A DNA stretch of 64,000 bases from an uncultured Gammaproteobacteria bacterium (GCA_964536725.1 CAZHYJ010000002.1:27219-91218), one strand, 5' to 3'. Positions 27,567 through 37,107 are shown, counted from the first letter of the stretch. A program made the numbers and translations. Notes: generated by a model not told the origin, from the sequence alone.

Positions 27567-29347
27567 TTAATGTCTTCAATCGTTAGTTGTAATTCACGAT
27601 TACCATTCCACTGGTTAACTCCTACTGTAAACGCCAAGTCAATTTTGTCTCCCGGTTTTAATTCAGTGCGCCATTTTTCGGGATGACGGTTGATATCACC
27701 TAGGCCGAAGCCGATAGTTTTTCGGACTAAGTGAGAATTATGTTTTACTAATAAACGTAAATGTTTGCCATCTTGTCCGACTGGTTCCACAGTAACAATC
27801 GTCAAGCCGCGGGCACAATATTTTGGTGTTTCATTTTTTTGTCCAAAGGGAGCAAATTTTTCTAGGGTATCAAACAGCTCCCAGTTTATTTCCTCCAGAT
27901 CAACTTCGGCGTCAATGTGGATAGTGGGGGACAGATCAACGTGTTTTAATTTTTCTGTAGCGTTGGCGATTAATTTTTCTTTAAACTCCTCCAATTTGTC
28001 TGTCGTTAAAAGAGAAAAACCACAGGCCTGGGGATGTCCACCGAATTTTGAAAATACTTCGGGGATTTCTTGAAGAGCGGCGATTAAGTTGAATTCATAA
28101 ATACTGCGACCTGATCCGGTTATCTCACCATTGGTTTTACCCATCACGATCACCGGACGGTAGTATTCATCCTTAAGACGGCCAGCAATTAATCCCAATA
28201 TTCCAGTGTTCCAATCTTCGTTGTAAACAAACAATACGGGATTTTCTTCCTGTTTAGTTTCTTTAAGTTGTTTACGCGCCTGGTTGGTTATCTGTTCCGT
28301 CAAACGTTGGCGGTCAAGATTGTTTTTGTTTAATTTGTCTGCCAGTATTATCGCTTCTCTCTCATCCTCACAAGTTAAAAGCGCAAAAGCAACATTGGCG
28401 TGATCCATTCTTCCAGCGGCGTTAATTCGGGGTACAAGTTGATACGCAACGGTATCGCTACTAATTTCTGTCTTTTTTAATTTGTCATTTTCATCGGTAA
28501 CGCCGGCAATTTGTAATAGTTTTTGTAAACCAAGGTTTTTTGTTTTGTTCAGTACAGTTAAACCATAACGAGTAATCGTACGTGCCTCGCCAATCAAGGG
28601 CATCATGTCGCCGATAATCGAGATGGCCGCCAGGTCGAGTGACCACTTTTCAAAAGATTCATGGGTTTGGCCGTCAATCAAAGTTGCATTGGTTTTTTGG
28701 TGTTCGCGGAGTAGTCCTTGTAGTAATTTAAAAGCGATACCACCACCAGACAATCCGTGGTCGGGGTAGGTTTCTCCCGGAACAAGTGCATGAATTATTG
28801 CGTCAGCTGGAGGTAATGTTTCTGGTACGGTGTGGTGGTCAGTCACAATCACTTCCATACCCAATCTTTTTGCTTCGGTGACTTCTGCGACGTTACTAAC
28901 ACCGCAGTCGCAGGTGATTATTAAATCAATTTTTTGTTCGGCAAAAAGTTTAACAGTGTTAATGTTTAGACCGTAGCCATCAGTCTCGCGATGAGGTAAA
29001 AATATCCCAACATCTTTTCCGCCTAACTTTTTAATTACCGATACCAATATTGCTCCGGCACAAACACCGTCCGCATCGTAATCGCCGTGGACAACTATTT
29101 TTTTGTTATTCTCAATGGCGGATAAAATTATCTTAACTGCCTTGTTCATGTCACGAAACAAAAAGGGATCGTGAATATTGGAAGAATAGTCAGGGTTCAA
29201 AAATTCATCAATTTCCTTCTGTGTTTTTAATCCACGATTGCGCAAAAGACGGACGGCCAAAGCAGGCAGTTCCGGGTAAGCTTGTCTTTCTGTTTCAGAA
29301 AGTTCGGGTGCGATTAACCAGCGACGTTGCATATTATTTTTTACCAA
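27548..29347 (-). CDS. recJ: Single-stranded-DNA-specific exonuclease RecJ.
   Basis: DHH motifs (VVHGDYDADGVCAGAIL, VTDHH) and a DHHA1 domain. Confidence 0.85.
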   Translation of the reverse strand: MVKNNMQRRWLIAPELSETERQAYPELPALAVRLLRNRGLKTQKEIDEFLNPDYSSNIHDPFLFRDMNKAVKIILSAIENNKKIVVHGDYDADGVCAGAILVSVIKKLGGKDVGIFLPHRETDGYGLNINTVKLFAEQKIDLIITCDCGVSNVAEVTEAKRLGMEVIVTDHHTVPETLPPADAIIHALVPGETYPDHGLSGGGIAFKLLQGLLREHQKTNATLIDGQTHESFEKWSLDLAAISIIGDMMPLIGEARTITRYGLTVLNKTKNLGLQKLLQIAGVTDENDKLKKTEISSDTVAYQLVPRINAAGRMDHANVAFALLTCEDEREAIILADKLNKNNLDRQRLTEQITNQARKQLKETKQEENPVLFVYNEDWNTGILGLIAGRLKDEYYRPVIVMGKTNGEITGSGRSIYEFNLIAALQEIPEVFSKFGGHPQACGFSLLTTDKLEEFKEKLIANATEKLKHVDLSPTIHIDAEVDLEEINWELFDTLEKFAPFGQKNETPKYCARGLTIVTVEPVGQDGKHLRLLVKHNSHLVRKTIGFGLGDINRHPEKWRTELKPGDKIDLAFTVGVNQWNGNRELQLTIEDIKKNIPT

Positions 29348-29795
29348 AAAGTGATTTTAAAGTTGTCTTGCTAAAATCCCAGTAAGAATCGGCGAGGAAA
29401 AGAGTGAAGATGATAAAGAAAGCACGGATGCTCCAGAAGTCGCGGGCGGCGACGGGGGTGGAATAGGTGAGGATCAGCGAAATTCCTAGTGCGATCCAAT
29501 AGATCATTGTTTTAGTAGTAGCTTTTCGACGGCTGGATAGTTCGATGCGACTACGCAAGTGAGAAAGATAAAAGAAATATATTGCCATTAAAGGTAGTGA
29601 TACTAGCCATTCAAAATTGTGTGGGTCAGCGCCAAGATACTCGAGGCCGTAAAAATATGACCAGATGATTAGAATAAAGGCAAAAAAGAGAAAGATAATA
29701 TCCAATTGATATTGGCGCAATATTTTCATACGCAAATTATTGAAACGCTGGCGCAACCGAGAAGAACAGCATTGCCAAGATGCCCAAGATAGCAA
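29334..29795 (-). CDS. Hypothetical four-TM membrane protein. Its stop overlaps the recJ start.
   Basis: Hydrophobic ORF co-oriented with recJ. Confidence 0.4.
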   Translation of the reverse strand: MLSWASWQCCSSRLRQRFNNLRMKILRQYQLDIIFLFFAFILIIWSYFYGLEYLGADPHNFEWLVSLPLMAIYFFYLSHLRSRIELSSRRKATTKTMIYWIALGISLILTYSTPVAARDFWSIRAFFIIFTLFLADSYWDFSKTTLKSLFGKK

Positions 29796-29857
29796 CGACT
29801 GCCCACAATGATTTTAATGTTTTTCTTTTCATGTACTTTTTAATTAAGTTAATATTA

Positions 29858-29962
29858 GGATTTGGGTGTCAAATATTTTTTGAGCGGGTTATGAAGCCCG
29901 CGGCTTCATCCCTGAGGCCTCGCGGCCGAGGAAAGCGAAAAAATTATTTGACACCCAAATCC
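29858..29962 (+). repeat. Structured repeat, copy A. 18-bp outer stem GGATTTGGGTGTCAAATA / TATTTGACACCCAAATCC around the conserved core.
   Basis: Direct alignment with copies B and C. Confidence 0.7.
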
Positions 29963-29971
29963 GGTAATTTG

Positions 29972-31786
29972 TTATCTTTTTAAAACTGCTAAATAAGCTT
30001 CAGAAGGGATGTCAATCTTGCCGTGTGCCTTCATACGTTTTTTACCCTTCTTCTGTTTCTGCAAAAGTTTCATCTTACGGGTGTAATCACCACCTGACAT
30101 TTTTGCCAACACATCTTTGCGGAGTGCAGAGAGGCGTTCGGAAGCAATAACTTTTCCGCCAATGGCCGCCTGGATTTTTAATTCAAATTGTTGTTTAGGT
30201 AAAGCTTCTTTTAATGATTCGACAATTTTTTTACCGACGTGAAAAGCTTCGTCGCGCCAAACCAATATCGATAATGCTTCTACTGGTTCTTCTGCTACCA
30301 AAATATCGATCTTCACCACGTCGGTCGGTTCGTAGCCGCGATATTCGTAGTTCATTGAGGCGTAGCCGGAAGTGTAGGTTTTTAATTTATCATAAAAATC
30401 AGTGATAAGTGAAGCGAGTGGAATTTGATAATGCAACAACGCGCGCTGATCAACGCCAGTACTTAAATATTCGGTGTTAATATATTTACCTTTACGTTCA
30501 GAAATTAACCCCATAATACTACCGACATAATCTTTGGGAGAAATAATATCCAAATTCATCCACGGTTCAGAAATTTCTTGGATGGAGCCGGGGTCGGGCA
30601 TTTCTTGTGGGCTGTGGATGACGATTTGTTCACCGCTGGTTTTAATTATTTGATAAGCAACACTCGGGGTGGTGATAATAACATCGAGCCCATGTTCGCG
30701 ACGCAAACGTTCTTGAAAAATATCCAAATGCAGCATTCCTAAAAAACCGCAGCGGAAACCAAAGCCTAATGCTTGGGAGCGTTCTGGTTCGTAAAATAGG
30801 GAAGAATCATTTAATTTTAGTTTGTCAATCGCATCGCGCAGATCCTGATAGCCGTCACCTTCGTTAGGGAAGATCCCAGCGTAGACCATCGGTTTTACCT
30901 CTTTATAACCAGGTAAGGGGTCTTTTGAGGCGATAATCATTTCTGCCACGTTGTTTATTTTAGTAATAGTGTCACCGACGCGACAATCACGCACTTCTTT
31001 TAATCCGGTAACCACATAGCCGATCTCGCCGTTTTTAATAGATTCGGTCGGAGAAAATTTGGGGCGATAATAGCCGATTTCCAAAATCTCCGCAGGTGTT
31101 TCTGTGGTTATCAAAAATATTTTGTCGCCTTTTTTTAATTCACCATCCGTCATACGAACCGACGCGACCACTCCTTTGTATTCGTTGTAAGTCGAATCAA
31201 AAATTAAAGCGCGTGGCGGATTGGTCGAGTTGTCCTTTGGTGGTGGTACCTTAGCAATGACCGCTTTTAAAATATCTTCCACCCCGACGCCGGTTTTTGC
31301 TGAAGCTAAGATGATATCTTTTTCGTCACAACCGATTAGGTGAACAATTTCCGCTTTGGTTTTTTCCACATTGGCAATTGGCATGTCGATCTTGTTGATC
31401 ACCGGAATGATGGTGAGATTTTGTTCGAGTGCTAAATACAGGTTGCCGATTGTTTGTGCCTGCACACCCTGCGTGGCATCCACCAAAAGAATAGCGCCTT
31501 CCACTGCGGCCAGTGAACGCGAAACTTCGTAACTAAAATCAACGTGTCCAGGAGTGTCGATTAGATTTAAGATATATGGTGTACCTGCTGAGGTGTATTC
31601 CATGCGTACCGGCGTGAGTTTGATAGTAATACCACGTTCACGTTCTAAATCCATGGAATCTAAAAGCTGCGCCTTCATGTCGCGTTTAGAAACAGTGCCG
31701 GTAAATTCCAAAAACCGATCAGCTAAAGTTGATTTACCGTGATCGATGTGGGCGATAATACAGAAATTACGGATTTTGTCATTCAT
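29972..31786 (-). CDS. lepA: Elongation factor 4 (LepA).
   Basis: IRNFCIIAHIDHGKSTLADR G-domain, full length. Confidence 0.95.
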   Translation of the reverse strand: MNDKIRNFCIIAHIDHGKSTLADRFLEFTGTVSKRDMKAQLLDSMDLERERGITIKLTPVRMEYTSAGTPYILNLIDTPGHVDFSYEVSRSLAAVEGAILLVDATQGVQAQTIGNLYLALEQNLTIIPVINKIDMPIANVEKTKAEIVHLIGCDEKDIILASAKTGVGVEDILKAVIAKVPPPKDNSTNPPRALIFDSTYNEYKGVVASVRMTDGELKKGDKIFLITTETPAEILEIGYYRPKFSPTESIKNGEIGYVVTGLKEVRDCRVGDTITKINNVAEMIIASKDPLPGYKEVKPMVYAGIFPNEGDGYQDLRDAIDKLKLNDSSLFYEPERSQALGFGFRCGFLGMLHLDIFQERLRREHGLDVIITTPSVAYQIIKTSGEQIVIHSPQEMPDPGSIQEISEPWMNLDIISPKDYVGSIMGLISERKGKYINTEYLSTGVDQRALLHYQIPLASLITDFYDKLKTYTSGYASMNYEYRGYEPTDVVKIDILVAEEPVEALSILVWRDEAFHVGKKIVESLKEALPKQQFELKIQAAIGGKVIASERLSALRKDVLAKMSGGDYTRKMKLLQKQKKGKKRMKAHGKIDIPSEAYLAVLKR

Positions 31787-31798
31787 ACAAAATATTAC

Positions 31799-33415
31799 CT
31801 AATCTTTCAATTCTACCACCTCTGTAGTAGTGATTTGGGCTGGTTTTAACCAGCGTCGTTTTAAGCTGTTTCTGATCTCTGTGAACTCGGGAACCCTTAA
31901 TATATAACACAAAAGGCAATAAATTACTAGGCCAGCCATACCGGCAACCAGACCTTGTCCCAAAATACCCCAGAAATACTGTTGATCAAAGATATTGGCC
32001 AATGGATGTTTTAAAGCTTGTACCGCCACTGCCATTATTAATGTTGCCACGGAAATTTTCAAAACCAGTGGAATTAGACTTTCTTCCTCTAGAGTTTTGG
32101 TATGAGTGCGTAAGGCGACAACTAACATGATAGCGTTCAAGATCACACCAATGGATGCGGCCAGAGCCAATCCTGGGGCGCCGTATGGTCGCATCAAGAC
32201 CAACGCTGCGATAATACTGACGAGCTCGGCAATTACGCCAATCACAAAAGGAGTTTTGGTGTTTTGCAAAGCATAGAACGCGCGAGCCAAAAGATGAATT
32301 AGTGATTGTGCTAAAAGCCCTAGCGAAAAAAAAGCCAAAGTATTAGCGGTGTTAATTGTTGCGTCCCAATCAAACGTGCCACTACCCAATATTACACGCA
32401 CTATCTGTGCGCGCAGCAAAAGGATTAAAACAGACAAGGGGGCGATTAAAAAAATAATCTGCCGGGCGGTGTTCATTAAATGGGTGACGAATTGTTTGTT
32501 GTCATTTTTCGCAGCAGCAGCGGAAAGGAGTGGAAAAATGGCCATGGCAAAAGGGATGCCAATAATTCCAATTGGTACCGCTTGCAGATTGTTAGCGTAA
32601 TTATAAACAGCAATACTGCCCACTGGTAAAAGCGACGCCAACATGGTAATCACCACTTGATTAACTTGGGTAATAGCTATTCCTAGCGTACGTGGGATCA
32701 TCATTTTTCCGATAGTTCTCGTTTCGGGATCGCGTAAATTAAAAATTGGTTGCCAGCGCCAGCCGGTCTTATAGGCGCCATATAATTGGATGCCAGCATG
32801 TATTCCCGCCCCTAGTACCACGCCAAGTGGTAAACCAATATAACCCCAAGCGTGTACTAATCCAGTAGCACCGGCGATAATGCCGAGATTATAAAAAATT
32901 GGAGCGAGGGCGTAAAGGGTAAAATGTCGCAGTGATTGTAAAATGCCACCAGCCACCATTGAAATACCCAAGAACAACGGAGAGAGAAACATGATACGGG
33001 TGAAGCCAACCATGCGCGTGAAATTCTCTCCAGAAAATCCGGGAGCGAGTATTCGAGAAAGGGGAGCGGTGAAAACCATTCCGAGTGCACAACAAATGAT
33101 TAAGGCGACGCCGGTAATGTTGATAATGTTGTTGGCTAATTTCCAAGCATCCTTTTTATCTTGGTGTTGATAAAATAGTTTGGTGAAACTAGGAATGAAG
33201 CCAGCGGTCAGAGCGCCGACGATTAACAGATTGTAAATTAGATCAGGAATTTTGAAAGAAGCGTAATAGACGTCGATGATTGGACCGGCGCCGAAATAGT
33301 GGGCTAGGACACGGTCGCGGATCACACCCACTGCACGTGATAACAAAGAAGCGGCAGATAATACCAATGCCGCCCCGGTTATCGATTTGTATTGTGAGTT
33401 TATTATCTTAAACAT
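31799..33415 (-). CDS. murJ: Lipid II flippase MurJ (MviN).
   Basis: N-terminus GAALVLSAASLLSRAVGVIRDRVLAHYFGAG and about 14 TMs. Confidence 0.85.
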   Translation of the reverse strand: MFKIINSQYKSITGAALVLSAASLLSRAVGVIRDRVLAHYFGAGPIIDVYYASFKIPDLIYNLLIVGALTAGFIPSFTKLFYQHQDKKDAWKLANNIINITGVALIICCALGMVFTAPLSRILAPGFSGENFTRMVGFTRIMFLSPLFLGISMVAGGILQSLRHFTLYALAPIFYNLGIIAGATGLVHAWGYIGLPLGVVLGAGIHAGIQLYGAYKTGWRWQPIFNLRDPETRTIGKMMIPRTLGIAITQVNQVVITMLASLLPVGSIAVYNYANNLQAVPIGIIGIPFAMAIFPLLSAAAAKNDNKQFVTHLMNTARQIIFLIAPLSVLILLLRAQIVRVILGSGTFDWDATINTANTLAFFSLGLLAQSLIHLLARAFYALQNTKTPFVIGVIAELVSIIAALVLMRPYGAPGLALAASIGVILNAIMLVVALRTHTKTLEEESLIPLVLKISVATLIMAVAVQALKHPLANIFDQQYFWGILGQGLVAGMAGLVIYCLLCYILRVPEFTEIRNSLKRRWLKPAQITTTEVVELKD

Positions 33416-34074
33416 TAGGGTTGAGTTTGGGGGAGATTGACGGTGAGAATGGCAAAGTCGGTTCCGGGTCGAGCGGTTTCGTCACCCTGAACATAAAGCG
33501 AACCACTAGTGCCATCTTCGCGCGTGAAAGAAAATTGACGGACGTTGTTTCCTTCGGATTCTACTTCAATTTTAAAATTTGCTTTGGTTAATTCTTTGCG
33601 ATAATAGGAAATGACAAAACTTGGTTCCGCGTCTAAATTACTCCAATTGATTTGGATGGTATCGCGATGGTCGCTAACGGGTGCAGTGATAACTTGCCAG
33701 ATGCCTTCCCATCTATCAGTGCTAGTGGTAGTTTGGTTTTGTTCCATTTTTACTAACAACGGTGAGAGGATTGCTTTAGGAAAGAAGGCGGCAATCTCAA
33801 TTCCGCGGTTTTTGTATTTTCCGGAGATGATTGTGATATTATCAATCGCGTCTTTGTCATAAACAGGGATGTCAGTAGGGAAGTTCGCTGGTACTGATTT
33901 TACAGCGGTTGGACCTGGGCCAATATAGAGGCGTAGCCCAATGATAGCCAGAATAATAACCAAAAACAGACAACCGCAGCCGCTAAGGCAGGTGCGTTTG
34001 TAGGAGTGTTTTTTGGTCAGTTCATTAAGTGGTGGTTCGATGATTTCGATGTTGTCTAAATTGCGTCGGACCAT
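33415..34074 (-). CDS. Hypothetical membrane-anchored protein.
   Basis: ORF with one TM. Its start codon overlaps the murJ start region. Confidence 0.35.
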   Translation of the reverse strand: MVRRNLDNIEIIEPPLNELTKKHSYKRTCLSGCGCLFLVIILAIIGLRLYIGPGPTAVKSVPANFPTDIPVYDKDAIDNITIISGKYKNRGIEIAAFFPKAILSPLLVKMEQNQTTTSTDRWEGIWQVITAPVSDHRDTIQINWSNLDAEPSFVISYYRKELTKANFKIEVESEGNNVRQFSFTREDGTSGSLYVQGDETARPGTDFAILTVNLPQTQP

Positions 34075-34158
34075 AAAAATGTTTGATTTAATTATAGCAA
34101 ATAGAACTAAAGTTGTATAGGTGATTTTTATCTGATATACTGTTGATAAAGAGGTGCA

Positions 34159-34275
34159 GATTTTGGTTTTTAGGTTTTGGTAATTTTTTCGCTTTCCTCG
34201 GCTGCGAAGCCTCAGGGATGAGGCCTTGGCCTCATAGCCCGCTCAAAAAATACCAAAACCTAAAAACCAAAATCC
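34159..34275 (-). repeat. Structured repeat, copy C, inverted orientation. Outer stem of 24 bp or more (GATTTTGGTTTTTAGGTTTTGGTA).
   Basis: The reverse complement aligns to copies A and B. Confidence 0.7.
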
Positions 34276-34301
34276 ATAGTTTAATCTATATTATCATCAT
34301 T

Positions 34302-35666
34302 ATGCATATAACATTCTTTGGTGCAGCGCGGGAGGTGACGGGGTCTTGTAATCTTTTGCATGCGGATGGTCTGAATATTTTAGTAGATTGTGGGATGTTT
34401 CAAGGTGGTCCAGAACACGAGAGTAAAAACTTTGATCCGTTGGCTTTTAATCCGAAGGATCTAAATTCTGTCTTGGTTACCCACGCTCATCTTGATCATG
34501 TGGGGCGTTTGCCATTGCTTATTCGCGGTGGTTTTACTGGATATTTTCATGCTACACCAGCGACAATTGAATTGGCGGAATTGATCATGGAAGACACCTT
34601 GCATATCATGACCTATAACAATGAAAAACTGGGTACGCCAATTTTGTATAGTCAAACAGATATCGCAGCGGTGATGACACAGTTTAAAGCATTGGATTAT
34701 CACGAACCGTTAATTTTATCTGGTAAAACTGGTGAGGTAAAAATCGAATTTTATGAGGCAGGCCATATTTTTGGTTCGGTGTTTATTGTGATTGATGCGG
34801 AAGGGAAGCGGGTGGTTTTTTCTGGCGATGTCGGCAATGTTAATGTGCCGATTCTGCGTGAGACCGAAAGTTTGCCAAGTGGTATTGATGTTTTGGTTTG
34901 TGAATCTACTTATGGTGATCGTCTGCACGAGACTCACGAAAAACGACAGGAGATTATTCAGCGTATGGTATCGGATGCGGTATTGCATGGTGGGGTTTTA
35001 ATGATTCCGTCTTTCTCTTTAGAGAGAACGCAGGAATTGATTTATGACCTCAACGATTTGATTGATCGTAAACACGAATTACCACGTATGCCGATATTTT
35101 TGGATAGTCCATTGGCAATCGGAGCGACCAAAGTATATCGCAAGTATACCAACTATTACGACGAGGCGGCGAAAAAATTAATTGATAGCGGAGACGAGTT
35201 GTTTGAGTTTCCAGGATTGACAATGTGTGACACTAAAGAAGAATCGAAACGAATTAATCAAGTGCCAGCACCGAAGATGATTATCGCTGGTGCGGGGATG
35301 ATGAATGGTGGTCGGATTGTGCACCATGCGAAAAGGTATTTGTCAGATGAAAGAAGTACTCTGCTGATTATCGGTTATCAGGCCTCTGGCACACTCGGAA
35401 GAAGAATTTTGGAAGGGGAGTCTCCAGTGATGATATATGGCGAACAGGTGCCAGTGCGTTGTCATATTGACGCCATCGGTGCGTTGTCTGCGCATGCTGA
35501 TCAGAAGAAATTGTTGGATTGGATTGGAGGTGCTAAGATGTTACCGAAAAAAGTTTGTTTGAACCACGGTGAACCTTTGGCTTCTGAGGGGTTGGCCGAA
35601 CGATTGAATGAAGATTTGGGGGTGAAGGTTGATGTGGCAAGTTTTGGAATGAGTGTGGAGGTGTAA
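34302..35666 (+). CDS. MBL-fold beta-CASP ribonuclease (CPSF/RNase J-like RNA-metabolising metallo-beta-lactamase).
   Basis: MHITFFGAAREVTGSC and HAHLDHVGRLP motifs. Start moved to the internal ATG. Confidence 0.75.
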   Translation: MHITFFGAAREVTGSCNLLHADGLNILVDCGMFQGGPEHESKNFDPLAFNPKDLNSVLVTHAHLDHVGRLPLLIRGGFTGYFHATPATIELAELIMEDTLHIMTYNNEKLGTPILYSQTDIAAVMTQFKALDYHEPLILSGKTGEVKIEFYEAGHIFGSVFIVIDAEGKRVVFSGDVGNVNVPILRETESLPSGIDVLVCESTYGDRLHETHEKRQEIIQRMVSDAVLHGGVLMIPSFSLERTQELIYDLNDLIDRKHELPRMPIFLDSPLAIGATKVYRKYTNYYDEAAKKLIDSGDELFEFPGLTMCDTKEESKRINQVPAPKMIIAGAGMMNGGRIVHHAKRYLSDERSTLLIIGYQASGTLGRRILEGESPVMIYGEQVPVRCHIDAIGALSAHADQKKLLDWIGGAKMLPKKVCLNHGEPLASEGLAERLNEDLGVKVDVASFGMSVEV

Positions 35667-35691
35667 AAAACACAAAACAAAAAGACAGACT

Positions 35692-35720
35692 AAAATGGTC
35701 TGTCTTTTTTCTTCTCAAAA
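35692..35720 (+). terminator. Intrinsic terminator, AAGACAGAC-taaaatg-GTCTGTCTTTTTT.
   Basis: Perfect 9-bp stem plus T-run. Confidence 0.7.
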
Positions 35721-35816
35721 TTTTTAAGCTTTTAAAAATTTAGTTGAAGGGTCGATTGTTCATGTCGACCAAGCGCGCTCATCAAAAACCTGATGAGTTG
35801 GTTTTGGTTGCTGGGT

Positions 35817-36194
35817 CTAGCAGCTGCGCTTCTCCGTGCGCAACTCCTCTGCTGGCAAGATCCAGAAAAGTACCTGGGTGACCATCAGGATGGTGGAAAC
35901 GATGTTGACCGTCTCTTCGGTGAACCATCCCGTGTACCGAAGCAGCAGAACCAGAATCGAGCAGAGGATGCAGTGGATGAAGCAGATCTTCGCGAAGAGC
36001 TTGAGATGGTCTGCTTTGTAGAAGATCCACCGGAACTCGTTGGTCGGACCGACCTCCATCCATCCGCCAGTCTTGAGGCACTTCCGCACACTCAGAAAGT
36101 GTACGATGAAGGCTAAGAAGCCCACAATCATCCCCTTGACCACCCAGTCGATGTTGCCGAAAAAGTCCAACATACGCCCCTCCCTCCCAACCAT
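35817..36194 (-). CDS. GC-rich foreign-looking small 3-TM membrane protein (125 aa).
   Basis: About 57% GC against about 38% background. Three predicted TM helices. Upstream AT-rich spacer with a terminator. Confidence 0.45.
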   Translation of the reverse strand: MVGREGRMLDFFGNIDWVVKGMIVGFLAFIVHFLSVRKCLKTGGWMEVGPTNEFRWIFYKADHLKLFAKICFIHCILCSILVLLLRYTGWFTEETVNIVSTILMVTQVLFWILPAEELRTEKRSC

Positions 36195-36441
36195 TTTTTA
36201 GTTGAACAACCGTTTTTCTTATATCGTATTTCAACAAAAATGTCAATGTGCTGTATTGTTTTTTTGGTGATGGTTTGAAAAAACAAAATCCGACTTTAGT
36301 AAGTCGGATTTTTGTATGTTATTCTGTCCGTGCTGCCGCAGAATTCAAATTTTAAATTCTATGGCAGGCACACGGACAGAAGGTTTTTCACTTCTTTGTC
36401 GTGCACCCGAAGTGGCGGGTGTGAGGGGTAGTGGGGGGGGG

Positions 36442-36846
36442 CTATCGCTTGTCCGGCACCTCGATGGGCACCAGGGGGTAGTGCCGGTACCCTTCCGGCG
36501 TCCAATCCAGTGCTCCAAGCGAGAATGACGTCCCTTCAGCTGGAACCTCTCGGAGTATTCCACCTCCGAAGGGGTCCAGCTTCGTGGCCTTCTGAACAGA
36601 CTGGACGTTCACTTTGAACGTCCACCCCGCGCCATTGCGCTTGGTGCGCATGACGCGCTCGTCCAGGCCGACGACCTTCCATGTGTCGCCGCTTCTCGCC
36701 TTGGCGAAGCGGAGGTCCTGGAAGTCGATGGTAAAGGGCGGATACCTCCTGGACAGCCACCTCCCAACGATGTTTCCGACCACGCACATGACCAAGAAAG
36801 ACACCCAGGCCCAAACACCTTCCAACATCGCAAAACTCCTCTGCAA
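36442..36846 (-). CDS. GC-rich foreign-looking membrane-anchored protein (134 aa).
   Basis: GGAGG SD 8 nt upstream. N-terminal TM VWAWVSFLVMCVVGNIVG. Codon usage unlike the surrounding genes. Confidence 0.45.
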   Translation of the reverse strand: MQRSFAMLEGVWAWVSFLVMCVVGNIVGRWLSRRYPPFTIDFQDLRFAKARSGDTWKVVGLDERVMRTKRNGAGWTFKVNVQSVQKATKLDPFGGGILREVPAEGTSFSLGALDWTPEGYRHYPLVPIEVPDKR

Positions 36847-37107
36847 CGGTTTTCTTCATCGGCGCACGTTACGCCAACAAATACTCACCGACCACGGGCT
36901 TGGGGAAAATCGTATTCCCGGCCTCGTTTTTGTTTTCTGTTTAAGAAGTCAAAAATGAGGCTAGGAAAACGTAATGTAAAGAACAAATTAACGTTTAAGT
37001 ATAGTACAAAAAAGCGGTTTTGTCAATGTACTTTTGCACTTTTTCTGCATCCCCACTTTTTCCCTTGTTTTAGCCATTTTTTCTGTGGATAACTATGGTA
37101 AAAAATG

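Noticed and set aside
29880-29983. Small peptide ORFs inside the structured repeat starting at the conserved TATG (copy A: MKPAASSLRPRGRGKRKNYLTPKSGNLLSF; copy B: MRQSASFCPRGQKKRKNYSNCKF).
   Set aside because: Copy C has a stop after 7 codons (MRPRPHP*). The nucleotide changes between copies are base-pair-compensatory rather than synonymous, which points to structure rather than coding.
35793-36958. Plus-strand ORFs (35793-36116, 36316-36528, 36614-36958) and other overlapping ORFs in GC island 1, and 53013-53438 / 52930-53244 in island 3.
   Set aside because: They are antisense to better-supported minus-strand genes (TM helices, SD, enzyme motif). Such shadow ORFs are expected in high-GC DNA that lacks AT-rich stop codons.
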